From positions 257,858,001-257,922,000 of the forward strand of contig OZ024741.1 of the NCBI GenBank assembly GCA_964016885.1: DNA of 64,000 bases. The letters run 5' to 3'. Source of the DNA: Eledone cirrhosa. Its lineage: Eukaryota. Both the position numbers and the translations under genes were made by a program. Positions 12,433-26,902 of the stretch are shown here, piece by piece (within the stretch, counting starts at the first letter, position 1; each line of letters starts with the position of its first letter). The notes under the pieces were generated by a model, which saw only the letters and a list, made by a program, of their open reading frames with translations, was not told where the DNA came from and ran no database searches.

Positions 12433-13751
12433 AAATAATAAATAGACGCGGTTTCAAATCTCTATGCTTTTCAAGTTCATTACATTAATCTTTATTTATA
12501 CGTTTCGCTTTACGAATGTTTCGACTTACGAGTGTTTCGGCTTACGAGTGTTTCGACTTACGAGTGTTCTGACTACGAGTGTTCTGACTTACGGGTGCTC
12601 TGACTTATGAGTGTTTTGACTTACGAGTGTTTCTACTTACGAGTGTTTCGACTTACGGGTGTTTCGGCTTACGAGTGTTTCGACTTACGAGTGTTTTGAC
12701 TTACGAATGTTTTGCCTTACGGGTGTTCCGGTTTACGAGTGTTTCGACTCACGAGTATTCTGACTTACGAGTGTTCCGACTTACGGGTGTTTCGACTTAC
12801 GAGTGTTTCGACTTACGAGTGTTCCGACTTACGAGGGTTTCGGCTTACGGGTGTTCCGACTTACGAGTATTTTCGGCTTACGAGTGTTTCGACTTACGAG
12901 TGTTTTGACTTACGGGTGTTTTGACATACGAGTGTTTCGATACGAGTGTTCTGACTTACGAGTGTTCTGACTTACGAGTGTTCTGACTTACGAGTGTTCC
13001 GACTTACGAGTGTTTCGGCTCACGAGTGTTTCGGCTTACGAGTGTTTCGACTTACGAAAATAATAGATAGACGCGGTTTCAAATCTCTATGCTTTTCAAG
13101 TTCATTACATTAATCTTTATTTATACGTTTCGCTTTACGAATGTTTCGACTTACGAGTGTTTCGGCTTACGAGTGTTTCGACTTACGAGTGTTCTGACTA
13201 CGAGTGTTCTGACTTACGGGTGCTCTGACTTATGAGTGTTTTGACTTACGAGTGTTTCTACTTACGAGTGTTTCGACTTACGGGTGTTTCGGCTTACGAG
13301 TGTTTCGACTTACGAGTGTTTTGACTTACGAATGTTTTGCCTTACGGGTGTTCCGGTTTACGAGTGTTTCGACTCACGAGTATTCTGACTTACGAGTGTT
13401 CCGACTTACGGGTGTTTCGACTTACGAGTGTTTCGACTGACGAGTGTTCCGACTTACGAGGGTTTCGGCTTACGGGTGTTCCGACTTACGAGTATTTTCG
13501 GCTTACGAGTGTTTCGACTTACGAGTGTTTTGACTTACGGGTGTTTTGACATACGAGTGTTTCGATACGAGTGTTCTGACTTACGAGTGTTCTGACTTAC
13601 GAGTGTTCTGACTTACGAGTGTTCCGACTTACGAGTGTTTCGGCTCACGAGTGTTTCGGCTTACGAGTGTTTCGACTTACGAAAATAATAAATAGACGCG
13701 GTTTCAAATCTCTATGCTTTTCAAGTTCATTACATTAATCTTTATTTATAC
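12433..13751 (+). repeat. Tandem 625-bp module, two copies bounded by three cassettes
   Basis: Cassettes at 12433, 13058 and 13683 are exactly 625 bp apart. Internal variants match (pseudo-ORFs 12627/13252, 12712/13337). Confidence 0.9.
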
Positions 13752-16700
13752 GTTTCGCTTTACGAATGTTTCGACTTACGAGTGTTTCGGCTTACGATTG
13801 TTTTGACTTACGAGATTTTTGACTTACGGGACTTTCGACTTAGGAGTGTTTCGACTTACGAGTGTTTCGGCTTACAAGTGTTTCGTCTTACGAGTGTTTC
13901 GGCTTACGAGTGTTTCGACTTACGAGTGTTCTGACTACGAGTGTTCTGACTTACGGGTGTTCTGACTTACGAGTGTTCCGACTTGCGAGTGTTTCGGCTT
14001 ATGAATGTTTCAACTTACGAGTGTTTCGGCGTACGAGTGTTTCGACTTACGAGTGTTTCGGCTTACGATTGTTTCGACTTACGAATGTTTTTGCTTACGA
14101 GTGTTTCGACTTACGAGTGTTTTGATTTACGGTGTTTCGGCTTACGAGTGTTTCGACTTACGAGTGTTTTGACTTACGGGTGTTTTGACATACGAGTGTT
14201 TCGATACGAGTGTTCTGACTTACGAGTGTTCTGACTTGCGAGTGTTCCGACTTACGAGTGTTTCGGCTTACGAGTGTTTCGACATACGAGTTTTTTAACT
14301 TACGGGTGTTTCGACTTACGTGTGTTTCGACTTACGAGTGTTTCGGCTTACGAGTGTTTCGGCTTACGAGTGTTTCGGCTCACGAGTGTTTCGACTTACG
14401 AGTGTTTCGACTTACGAGTGTTTCGACTTAAGAGTGTTTCGACTTACGAGTGTTTCGACTTACGAGTGATTTTGCCATACGGGTGTTTCGGTTTACGAGT
14501 GTTTCGACTTACGAGTGTTCTGACTTACGAGTGTTCCGACTTACGAGTGTTTCGACTTACGAGTGTTTTGACTTACGAGTGTTCCGACCTACGAGCGTTT
14601 CGGCTTATGGGAGTTCCGACCTACGAGTGTTTCGACTTACGAGTGTTTTGACTTACGAGTGTTTCGGCTTACGAGTGTTTCGACTTACGAGTGTTTCGAC
14701 TTACGAGTGTTTTGACTTACGAGTGTTTTGACTTACGGTGTTTCGACTTCCGAGTGTTTTGACTTACGGGTGTTTTGACATACGAGTGTTTCGATACAAG
14801 TGTTCTGACTTCCGAGTGTTTTGACTTACGAGTGTTCTGACTTACGAGTGTTCTGACTTACGAGTGTTCTGACTTACGAGTGTTCCGATTTACGAGTGTT
14901 TCGGCTTATGAGTGTTTCGACTTACGAATGTTTTTGCTTACGGGCGTTTCGACTTACGAATGTTTTTGCTTACGAGTGTTTCGGCTTACGAGTGATTCGA
15001 CTTACGAGTGTTTTGACTTAAGGGTGTTTTGACTTACGGGTGTTGTGAATTACGAGTGTTCCGATTTACGAGTGTTTTGACTTACGGTGTTTCGGCTTAC
15101 GAGTTATTCGACTTACGAATGTTTTGACTTACGGGTGTTTCGGCTTGCGAGTGTTTCGACTTACGAGTGTTTCGGCTTATGAGTGTTTCGACTTACTAAT
15201 GTTTTTACTTACGAGTGTTTCGGCGTACGAGTGTTTTAACTTACGAGTGTTTCGACTTACGAGTGTTTTGACTTACGAATGTTTTGACTTACGGGTGTTT
15301 CGGCTTACGAGTGTTTCGACTTACGAGTGTTTCGGCTGGCGAGTGTTTCGACTTACGAGTGTTTTGACTTAAGGGTGTTTCGACTTACGAGTGTTTCGAC
15401 TTACGAGTGTTTCGACTTACGAGTGTTTTGGCTTACGAATGTTTTGACTTACGGGTGTTTCGACTTACGGGTGTTTCGACTTACGAGTGTTTCGACTTAC
15501 GAGTGTTTTGACTTACGAGTGTTCTGACTTACGAGTGTTCTGACTTAAGAGTGTTCCGACTTACGGGTGTTCCGACTTACGAGTGTTTCGGCTTACGAGT
15601 GTTTCGGCTTACGAGTGTTTCGGCTTACGAGTGTTTTGACTTACGAGTGTTCTGACTACGAGTGTTCTGACTTACGGGTGTTCTGACTTACGAGTGTTCC
15701 GACTTACGAGTGTTTCGGCTTATGAGTGTTTCGACTTACGGGCGTTTCGACTTACGCGTGTTTCGACTTACGAGTGTTTTGACTTACGAGTGTTCTGACT
15801 TAGGAGTGTTCTGACTTACGAGTGTTTCGGCTTACGCGTGTTTCGACGTACGAGTATTTTTGGCTTACGTGTGTTTCGACTTACGAGTGTTTTGAATTAC
15901 GATTGTTTCGGCTTACGAGTGTTTCGACTTACGAGTATTTCGACTTACGAGTGTTTTGACTTATGGGTGTTTTGACATACGATTGTTTCGATACGAGTGC
16001 TCTGACTTACGAGTGTTCTGACTTACGAGTGTTCTGACCTACGAGTGTTCTGACTTACGGGTGTTCTGACTTACGTGTGTTCCGACTTACGAGTGTTTCG
16101 GCTATGGGTGTTTCGACTTACGAGTGTTTCGACTTACGAATGTTTTGGCTTACGAGTGTTTCGGCTTACGAGTGTTTCGACTTACGAATGTTTTGGCTTA
16201 CGAGTGTTTCGGCTTACGGGTGTTTCGACTAATGAGTGTTTCGACTTACGAGTGTTTTGATTTACGGTGTTTCGGCTTACGAGTTATTTGACATACGAGT
16301 GTTTCGACTTACGGGTGTTTCGACTTACGGGTGTTTCGACTTACGAGTGTTTCCACTTACGAGTGTTCTGACTTACGAGTGTTCTGACTTACGAGTGTTC
16401 CGACTTACGAGTGTTTCGGTTTACGAGTGTTTCGACACACGAGTGTTTTGACTTACGGGGGTTTCGACTTACGGGTGTTTCGACTTACGGGTGTTTCGGC
16501 TTACGAGTGTTTCGACTTACTAATGTTTTTACTTACGAGTGTTTCGGTGTACGAGTGTTTCGACTTAAGGATGTTTCGGCTTACGAGTGTTTCGACTTAC
16601 GAGTGTTTCGGCTTACGTGAGTTTCGACTTAAGGGTGTTTTGACTTACGGGTGTTGTGAATTACGAGTGTTCCGATTTACGAGTGTTTTGACTTACGGTG

Positions 16701-19700
16701 TTTCGGCTTACGAGTTATTCGACTTACGAATGTTTTGACTTACGGGTGTTTCGGCTTGCGAGTGTTTCGACTTACGAGTGTTTCGGCTTATGAGTGTTTC
16801 GACTTACTAATGTTTTTACTTACGAGTGTTTCGGCGTACGAGTGTTTTGACTTACGAGTGTTTCGACTTACGAGTGTTTTGACTTACGAATGTTTTGACT
16901 TACGGGTGTTTCGGCTTACAAGTGTTTCGACTTACGAGTGTTTCGGCTGGCGAGTGTTTCGACTTACGAGTGTTTTGACTTAAGGGTGTTTCGACTGACG
17001 ATTGTTTCGACTTACGAGTGTTTCGACTTACGAGTGTTTCGACATACGAGTGTTTCGACTTACGAATGTTTTTGCTTACGGGTGTTTCGACTTACGAATG
17101 TTTTTGCTTACGAGTGTTTCGGTTTACGAGTGTTCCGACTTACGAGTGTTCCGACATACGAGTGTTTCGGCTTACGAGTGTTTCCGGCTTACGAGTGTTT
17201 CGACTTACGAGTGTTTCGACTTACGAGTGTTTTGACTTACGGTGTTTCGGCTTACGAGTGATTAGACTTACGAGTGTTTTGACTTACGGGTGTCTTGACT
17301 TACGGGTGTTGTGAAATACGAGTGTTCCGATTTACGAGTGTTTTGACTTACGGTGTTTCGGCTTACGAGTGATTCGACTAACGAATGTTTTGACTTACGA
17401 GTGTTTCGGCGTACGAGTGTTTTGACTTACGAGTGTTTCGACTTACGAGTGTTTTGACTTACGAATGTTTTGACTTACGGGTGTTTCGGCTTACGAGTGT
17501 TTCGACTTACGAGTGTTTCGGCTTGCGAGTGTTTTGACTTACTAATGTTTTTACTTACGAGAGTTTCGGCGTACGTGTGTTTCGACTTACGAGTGTTTTG
17601 ACTTATGGGTGTTTCGACTTACGAGTGTTTCGACTTACGAGTGTTTCGACTTACGAATGTTTCGGATTACGAGTGTTTTGACTTGAGGTTGTTTCGACTT
17701 ACGAGTGTTTCGATACGAGTGTTTCGACTTACGAGTGTTCTGACTTACGAGTGTTCTGATTTACGGATGTTTCGACACACGAGTGTTTCGAATTACGAGT
17801 GTTTCGACTTACGAGTGGTTTGACTTACGGGTGTTTTGACATACGAGTGTTTCGATACGAGTGTTTCGGCTTACGAGTGTTCTGACTTACGAGTGTTCTG
17901 ACTTACGAGTGTTCTGACTTACGAGTGTTCTCACTTACGAGTGTTCCGACTTACGAGTGTTCCGATTTACGAGTGTTTCGGCTTACGAGTGTTTTGATTT
18001 ACGAGTGTTTTGACTTACGGGTGCTTCGACTTACGCGTGTTTCGACTTACGAGTGTTTCGACTTACGAGTGTTTCGACTTACGAGTGTTTCGGCTTACGA
18101 GTGTTTTGACTTACGAATGTTTTGACTTACGATTGTTTCGGCTTACGAGTGTTTCGACTTACGAGTGTTCTGACTACGAGTGTTCTGACTTACGGGTGTT
18201 CTGACTTACGAGTGTTCCGACTCACGAGTGTTTCGGCTTATGAGTGTTTCGACTTACGAGTGCTTCGACTTACGAGTGTTTTTGCTTACGGGTGTTTCGA
18301 CTTACGAATGTTTTTGCTTACGAGTGTTTCGGCTTACGAGTGTTTCGGCTTATGAGTGTTTCGACTTACGAGTGTTTTGACTTACGGGTGTTTTGACATA
18401 CGAGTGTTTCGATACGAGTGTTCTGACTTACGAGTGTTTCCGCTTACGAGTGTTTCGGCTTACGAGTGTTTCGACTTACTAATGTTTTTACTTACGAGTG
18501 TTTCGGTGTACGAGTGTTTCGACTTAAGGATGTTTCGACTTACGGGTGTTTCGGCTTACGAGTGTTTCGACTTACGAGTGTTTTGACTTACGAGTGTTCT
18601 GACTTATGAGTGTTCCGACTTACGAGTGTTCCAACTTACGAGTGTTTCGGCTTATGAGTGTTTCGACTTACGGGCGTTTCGACTTACGGGTGTTTCGACT
18701 TACGAGTGTTTTGACTTACGAGTGTTCTGACTTACGAGTGTTCTGACTTACGAGTGTTCCGACTTACGACTGTTTCGACTTACGAGTGTTTTGACTTACG
18801 AGTGTTCCGACTTACAAGTGTTTCGGCTTACGGGTGTTTCCACGTACGAGTATTTTTGGCTTACGAGTGTTTCGACTTACGAGTGTTTTGAATTACGATT
18901 GTTTCGGCTTACGAGTGTTTCGACTTACGAGTGTTTTGATTTATGGGTGTTTTTACATACGAGTGTTTCAATACGAATGCTCTGACTTACGAGTGTTCTG
19001 ACTTACGAGTGTTCTGACTTACGAGTGTTCTGACTTACGTGTGTTCCGACTTACGAGTGTTTCGGCTATGGGTGTTTCGACTTACGAGTGTTTTGACTTA
19101 CGGGTGTTTCGACTTACGGGTGTTTCGACTTACGAGTGTTTCGACTTATGAGTGTTTCGACTTACGAGTGTTCTGACTTACGAGTGTTCTGACTTACGAG
19201 TGTTCCGACTTACGAGTGTTTAGGTTTACGAGTGTTTCGACACATGAGTGTTTTGACTTACGGGTGTTTCGACTTACCGGTGTTTCGACTTACGAGTGTT
19301 TCGGCTTACGAGTGTTTCGACTGACTAATGTTTTTACTTACGAGTGTTTCGGTGTACGAGTGTTTCGACTTAAGGATGTTTCGATTTACGAGTGTTTCGA
19401 CTTACGAGTGTTTCGGCTTACGTGAGTTTCGACTTAATAGTGTTCTGATTTACGAGTGTTCTGACTTGCGGGTGTTCTTTTTTACGAGTATTCCGACTTA
19501 CGAGTGTTTCGGCTTATGAGTGTTTCGACTTACGAGTGTTTCGGCTTACGAGTGTTTCGCCTTATGGGTGTTTCGACTTACGAGTGTTTTTACTTACGGT
19601 GTTTCGGCTTCCGAGTGTTTCGACATACGAGTGTTTTGACTTACGGGTGTTTCGGCTTACGAGTGTTTCGACTTACGAGTGTTTCGGCTTACGAGTGTTT

Positions 19701-22700
19701 CGACTTACTAATGTTTTTACTTACGAGTGTTTCGGCGTACGAGTGTTTTGACTTACGAGTGTTTCGACTTACGAGTGTTTCGACTTACGAGTGTTTTGAC
19801 TTACGAATGTTTTGACTTACGGGTGTTTCGGCTTACGAGTGTTTCGACTTACGAGTCTTTCGGCTTACGAGTGTTTCGATTTACTAATGTTTTTACTTAC
19901 GAGTGTTTCGGCGTACGAGTGTTTCGACTTACGGGTGTTTTGACTTACGGGTGTTTCGGCTTACGAGTGTTTTGACTTAAGGGTGTTTCGACTTACGAGT
20001 ATTTTTGGCTTACGAGTGTTTCGACTTACGAGTGTTTTGACTTACGAGTGTTCTTATTTACGGATGTTTCGACATACGAGTGTTCAGACTTACGAGTGTT
20101 CCGACTTACGAGTGTTTCGGCTTACGAGTGTTTCGACATACGGGTGTTTCGACTTACGGTGTTTCGGCTTACGAGTGTTTCGACTTACGAGTGTTCTGAC
20201 TTACGAGTGTTCTGACTTATGAGTGTTCTGACTTACGAGTGTTCTGACTTACGAGTGTTCCGACTTACGAGTGTTTCGGCTTACGAGTGTTTCGGCTTAC
20301 GAGTGTTTCGACTTACGAATGTTTCGACTTACGAGTGTTTCGACTTACGAGTGTTTAGACTTACGAGTGTTTTGACTTACGGTGTTTCGGCTTACGAGTG
20401 TTTCGACTTACGAGTGTTTTGACTTACTGGTGTTTTGACATAAGAGTGTTTCGATACGAGTGTTTCGACTTACGAGTGTTCTGACTTACGAGTGTTCTGA
20501 CTTACGAGTGTTCTGACTTACGAGTGTTCTAACTTACGAGTGTTCTGACTTACGAGTGTTCTGACTTACGAGTGTTCCGACTTACGAGTGTTTCGGCTCA
20601 CCAGTGTTTCGGCTTACGAGTGTTTCGACTTACGAAAATAACAAATAGACGCGGTTTCAAATCTCTATGCTTTTCAAATTCATTACATTAATCTTTATTT
20701 ATACGTTTCGCTTTACGAGTGTTTCGACTTACGAGTGTTTCGACTTACGAGTGTTTCGGCTTACGATTGTTTTGACTTACGAGTGTTTTGACTTACATGT
20801 GTTTCGACTTACGCGTGTTTCGACTTACGAGTGTTTCGACTTGCGAGTGTTTCGACTACGGGTGTTTCGACTTACGAATGTTTTGACTTACGGATGTTTT
20901 GACTTACGGGTGTTTCGGCTTACGAGTGTTTCGACTTACGAGTGTTCTGACTTACGAGTGTTCTGACTTACGGGTGTTCTGACTTACGAGTGTTCCGACT
21001 TACGAGTGTTTCGGCTTAAGAGTGTTTCGGATTACGAGTGCTTCGACTTACGAGTGTTTCGGCTTACGAGTGTTTCGACTTACGAGTGTTCTGACTACGA
21101 GTGTTCTGACTTACGGGTGTTCTGACTTACGAGTGTTCCGACTTACGAGTGTTTCGACTTACGAGTGTTTCGGCTTTCGGGTGTTTAGACTTACGAGTGT
21201 TTCGGGTTACGAGTGTTTCGACTTACGAATGTTTTCGCTTACGAGTGTTTCGGCTTACGAGTGTTTCGACTTACGAGTGTTTCGACTTACGAGTGTTTTG
21301 ACTTACGGTTTTTCGGCTTGCGAGTGTTTCGACATACGAGTGTTTTGACTTACGGGCGTTTCGACTTACGGGTGTTTCGACTTACGAGTGTTTCGACTTA
21401 CGAGTGTTCTGACTTACGAGTGTTCTGACTTGCGAGTGTTCCGACTTACGAGTGTTTCAGCTTACGAGTGTTTCGACATACGAGTGTTTTGACTTACGAA
21501 AATAATAAATAGACGCGGTTTCAAATCTCTATGCTTTTCAAGTTCATTACATTAATCTTTATTTATACGTTTCGCTTTACGAATGTTTCGACTTACGAGT
21601 GTTTCGGCTTACGAGTGTTTCGACTTACGAGTGTTCTGACTACGAGTGTTCTGACTTACGGGTGCTCTGACTTATGAGTGTTTTGATTACGAGTGTTTCT
21701 ACTTACGAGTGTTTCGACTTACGGGTGTTTCGGCTTACGAGTGTTTCGACTTACGAGTGTTTTGACTTACGAATGTTTTGCCTTACGGGTGTTCCGGTTT
21801 ACGAGTGTTTCGACTCACGAGTATTCTGACTTACGAGTGTTCCGACTTACGGGTGTTTCGACTTACGAGTGTTTCGACTTACGAGTGTTCCGACTTACGA
21901 GGGTTTCGGCTTACGGGTGTTCCGACTTACGAGTATTTTCGGCTTACGAGTGTTTCGACTTACGAGTGTTTTGACTTACGGGTGTTTTGACATACGAGTG
22001 TTTCGATACGAGTGTTCTGACTTACGAGTGTTCTGACTTACGAGTGTTCTGACTTACGAGTGTTCCGACTTACGAGTGTTTCGGCTCACGAGTGATTCGG
22101 CTTACGAGTGTTTCGACTTACGAAAATAATAGATAGACGCGGTTTCAAATCTCTATGCTTTTCAAGTTCATTACATTAATCTTTATTTATACGTTTCGCT
22201 TTACGAATGTTTCGACATACGAGTGTTTCGGCTTACGATTGTTTTGACTTACGAGATTTTTGACTTACGGGTCTTTCGACTTAGGAGTGTTTCGACTTAC
22301 GAGTGTTTCGGCTTACAAGTGTTTCGTCTTACGAGTGTTTCGGCTTACGAGTGTTTCGACTTACGAGTGTTCTGACTACGAGTGTTCTGACTTACGGGTG
22401 TTCTGACTTACGAGTGTTCCGACTTGCGAGTGTTTCGGCTTATGAATGTTTCGACTTACGAGTGTTTCGGCTTACGAGTGTTTCGACTTACGAGTGTTTC
22501 GGCTTACGATTGTTTCGACTTACGAATGTTTTTGCTTACGAGTGTTTCGACTTACGAGTGTTTTGATTTACGGTGTTTCGGCTTACGAGTGTTTCGACTT
22601 ACGAGTGTTTTGACTTACGGGTGTTTTGACATACGAGTGTTTCGATACGAGTGTTCTGACTTACGAGTGTTCTGACTTGCGAGTGTTCCGACTTACGAGT

Positions 22701-25700
22701 GTTTCGGCTTACGAGTGTTTCGACATACGAGTTTTTTAACTTACGGGTGTTTCGACTTACGTGTGTTTCGACTTACGAGTGTTTCGGCTTACGAGTGTTT
22801 CGGCTTACGAGTGTTTCGGCTCACGAGTGTTTCGACTTACGAGTGTTTCGACTTACGAGTGTTTCGACTTAAGAGTGTTTCGACTTACGAGTGTTTCGAC
22901 TTACGAGTGATTTTGCCATACGGGTGTTTCGGTTTACGAGTGTTTCGACTTACGAGTGTTCTGACTTACGAGTGTTCCGACTTACGAGTGTTTCGACTTA
23001 CGAGTGTTTTGACTTACGAGTGTTCCGACCTACGAGCGTTTCGGCTTATGGGAGTTCCGACCTACGAGTGTTTCGACTTACGAGTGTTTTGACTTACGAG
23101 TGTTTCGGCTTACGAGTGTTTCGACTTACGAGTGTTTCGACTTACGAGTGTTTTGACTTACGAGTGTTTTGACTTACGGTGTTTCGACTTCCGAGTGTTT
23201 TGACTTACGGGTGTTTTGACATACGAGTGTTTCGATACAAGTGTTCTGACTTCCGAGTGTTTTGACTTACGAGTGTTCTGACTTACGAGTGTTCTGACTT
23301 ACGAGTGTTCTGAATTACGAGTGTTCCGATTTACGAGTGTTTCGGCTTATGAGTGTTTCGACTTACGAATGTTTTTGCTTACGGGCGTTTCGACTTACGA
23401 ATGTTTTTGCTTACGAGTGTTTCGGCTTACGAGTGATTCGACTTACGGGTGTTTTGACTTAAGGGTGTTTTGACTTACGGGTGTTGTGAATTACGAGTGT
23501 TCCGATTTACGAGTGTTTTGACTTACGGTGTTTCGGCTTACGAGTTATTCGACTTACGAATGTTTTGACTTACGGGTGTTTCGGCTTGCGAGTGTTTCGA
23601 CTTACGAGTGTTTCGGCTTATGAGTGTTTCGACTTACTAATGTTTTTACTTACGAGTGTTTCGGCGTACGAGTGTTTTGACTTACGAGTGTTTCGACTTA
23701 CGAGTGTTTTGACTTACGAATGTTTTGACTTACGGGTGTTTCGGCTTACGAGTGTTTCGGCTTACGAGTGTTTCGACATACGAGTTTTTTAACTTACGGG
23801 TGTTTCGACTTACGAGTGTTTCGACTTACGAGTGTTTCGGCTTACGAGTGTTTCGGCTTACGAGTGTTTCGGCTCACGAGTTTTTCGACTTACGAGTGTT
23901 TCGACTTACGAGTGTTTCGACTTAAGAGTGTTTCGACTTACGAGTGTTTCGACTTACGAGTGATTTTGCCATACGGGTGTTTCGGTTTACGAGTGTTTCG
24001 ACTTACGAGTGTTCTGACTTACGAGTGTTCCGACTTACGAGTGTTTCGACTTACGAGTGTTTTGACTTACGAGTGTTCCGACCTACGAGCGTTTCGGCTT
24101 ATGGGAGTTCCGACCTACGAGTGTTTCGACTTACGAGTGTTTTGACTTACGAGTGTTTCCGCTTACGAGTGTTTCGGCTTACGAGTGTTTCGACTTACTA
24201 ATGTTTTTACTTACGAGTGTTTCGGTGTACGAGTGTTTCGACTTAAGGATGTTTCGACTTACGGGTGTTTCGGCTTACGAGTGTTTCGACTTACGAGTGT
24301 TTTGACTTACGAGTGTTCTGACTTACGAGTGTTCTGACTTATGAGTGTTCCGACTTACGAGTGTTCCGACTTACGAGTGTTTCGGCTTATGAGTGTTTCG
24401 ACTTACGGGCGTTTCGACTTACGGGTGTTTCGACTTACGAGTGTTTTGACTTACGAGTGTTCTGACTTACGAGTGTTCTGACTTACGAGTGTTCCGACTT
24501 ACGACTGTTTCGACTTATGAGTGTTTTGACTTACGAGTGTTCCGACTTACGAGTGTTTCGGCTTACGGGTGTTTCGACGTACGAGTATTTTTGGCTTACG
24601 AGTGTTTCGACTTACGAGTGTTTTGAATTACGATTGTTTCGGCTTACGAGTGTTTCGACTTACGAGTATTTCGACTTACGAGTGTTTTGACTTATGGGTG
24701 TTTGACATACGAGTGTTTCGATACGAATGCTCTGACTTACGAGTGTTCTGACTTACCAGTGTTCTGACTTACGAGTGTTCTGACTTACGGGTGTTCTGAC
24801 TTACGTGTGTTCCGACTTACGAGTGTTTCGGCTATGGGTGTTTCGACTTACGAGTGTTTCGACTTACGAATGTTTTGGCTTACGAGTGTTTCGGCTTACG
24901 AGTGTATCGACTTACGAGTGTTTTGACTTACGGGTGTTTCGACTTACGGGTGTTTCGACTTATGAGTGTTTCGACTTACGAGTGTTCTGACTTACGAGTG
25001 TGCTGACTTACGAGTGTTCCGACTTACGAGTGTTTAGGTTTACGAGTGTTTCGACACATGAGTGTTTTGACTTACGGGTGTTTCGACTTACGGGTGTTTC
25101 GACTTACGAGTGTTTCGGCTTACGAGTGTTTCGACTTACTAATGTTTTTACTTACGAGTGTTTCGGTGTACGAGTGTTTCGACTTAAGGATGTTTCGATT
25201 TACGAGTGTTTCGACTTACGAGTGTTTCGGCTTACGTGAGTTTCGACTTAAGAGTGTTCTGATTTACGAGTGTTCTGACTTGCGGGTGTTCTGATTTACG
25301 AGTGTTCCGACTTACGAGTGTTTCGGCTTATGAGTGTTTCGACTTACGAGTGTTTCGGCTTACGAGTGTTTCACCTTATGGGTGTTTCGACTTACGAGTG
25401 TTTTTACTTATGGTGTTTCGGCTTCCGAGTGTTTCGACATACGAGTGTTTTGACTTACGGGTGTTTCGGCTTACGAGTGTTTCGACTTACGAGTGTTTCG
25501 GCTTACGAGTGTTTCGATTTACTAATGTTTTTACTTACGAGTGTTTCGGCGTACGAGAGTTTTGACTTACGAGTGTTTCGACTTACGAGTGTTTCGACTT
25601 ACGAGTATTTTGACTTACGAATGTTTTGACTTACGGGTGTTTCGGCTTACGAGTGTTTCGACTTACGAGTCTTTCGGCTTACGAGTGTTTCGACTTACGG

Positions 25701-26833
25701 GTGTTTTGACTTACGGGTGTTTCGGCTTACGAGTGTTTTGACTTAAGGGTGTTTCGACTTACGAGTATTTTGGGCTTACGAGTGTTTCGACTTACGAGTG
25801 TTTTGACTTACGAGTGTTCTGATTTACGGATGTTTCGACATACGAGTGTTCAGACTTACGAGTGTTCCGACTTACGAGTGTTTCGGCTTACGAGTGTTTC
25901 GGCTCACGAGTGTTTCGACTTACGAGTATTTCGACTTACGAGTGTTTTGACTTACGGTGTTTCGGGTTACGAGTGTTTCGACTTACGAGTGTTTTGACTT
26001 ACTGGTGTTATGACATACGAGTGTTTCGATACGAGTGTTTCGACTTACGAGTGTTCTGACTTACGAGTGTTCTAACTTACGAGTGTTCTGACTTACGAGT
26101 GTTCTGACTTACGAGTGTTCCGACTTACGAGTGTTTCGGCTCACGAGTGTTTCGGCTTACGAGTGTTTCGACTTACGAAAATAACAAATAGACGCGGTTT
26201 CAAATCTCTATGCTTTTCAAATTCATTACATTAATCTTTATTTATACGTTTCGCTTTACGAGTGTTTCGACTTACGAGTGTTTCGACTTACGAGTGTTTC
26301 GGCTTACGAGTGTTTTGACTTACGAGTGTTTTGACTTACATGTGTTTCGACTTACGCGTGTTTCGACTTACGAGTGTTTCGACTTGCGAGTGTTTCGACT
26401 ACGGGTGTTTCGACTTACGAATGTTTTGACTTCCGGATGTTTTGACTTACGGGTGTTTCGGCTTACGAGTGTTTCGACTTACGAGTGTTTCGACTTACGA
26501 GTGTTTTGACTTACGGGTGTTTTGACTTACGGTGTTTCGGCTTACGAGTGTTTCGACTTACGAGTGTTTCGACTTACGGGTGTTTTGACATACGAGTGTT
26601 ACGATACGAGTGTTCTGACTTACGAGTGTTCTGACTTACGAGTGTTCTGACTTACGAGTGTTCTGACTTACGAGTGTTCTGACATACGTGTGTTCTGACT
26701 TACGAGTGTTCCGATTTACGAGTGTTTCGGCTTATGAGTGTTTCGACTTACGTATGTTTTTGCTTACGGGTGTTTCGACTTACGAAAGTTTTTGCTTACG
26801 AGTGTTTCGGCTTACGAGTGTTTCGACTTACGA

Positions 26834-26902
26834 AAATAACAAATAGACGCGGTTTCAAATCTCTATGCTTTTCAAATTCATTACATTAATCTTTATTTAC
26901 AC
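26834..26902 (+). repeat. 69-bp cassette, haplotype B sub-variant ending TTTACAC (representative)
   Basis: TTTATTTACACGTTTCG also at 36670, 40978, 42082, 44912, 46730, 57546 and 63226. Confidence 0.88.

Noticed and set aside
1-21600. Exactly 21,000-bp offset between 1-600 and 21001-21600, suggesting an artificial construct
   Set aside because: The copies differ at several bases and diverge after about 600 bp. Other paralogs sit at non-round offsets (3068, 11933, 28267), so the round number is coincidental.
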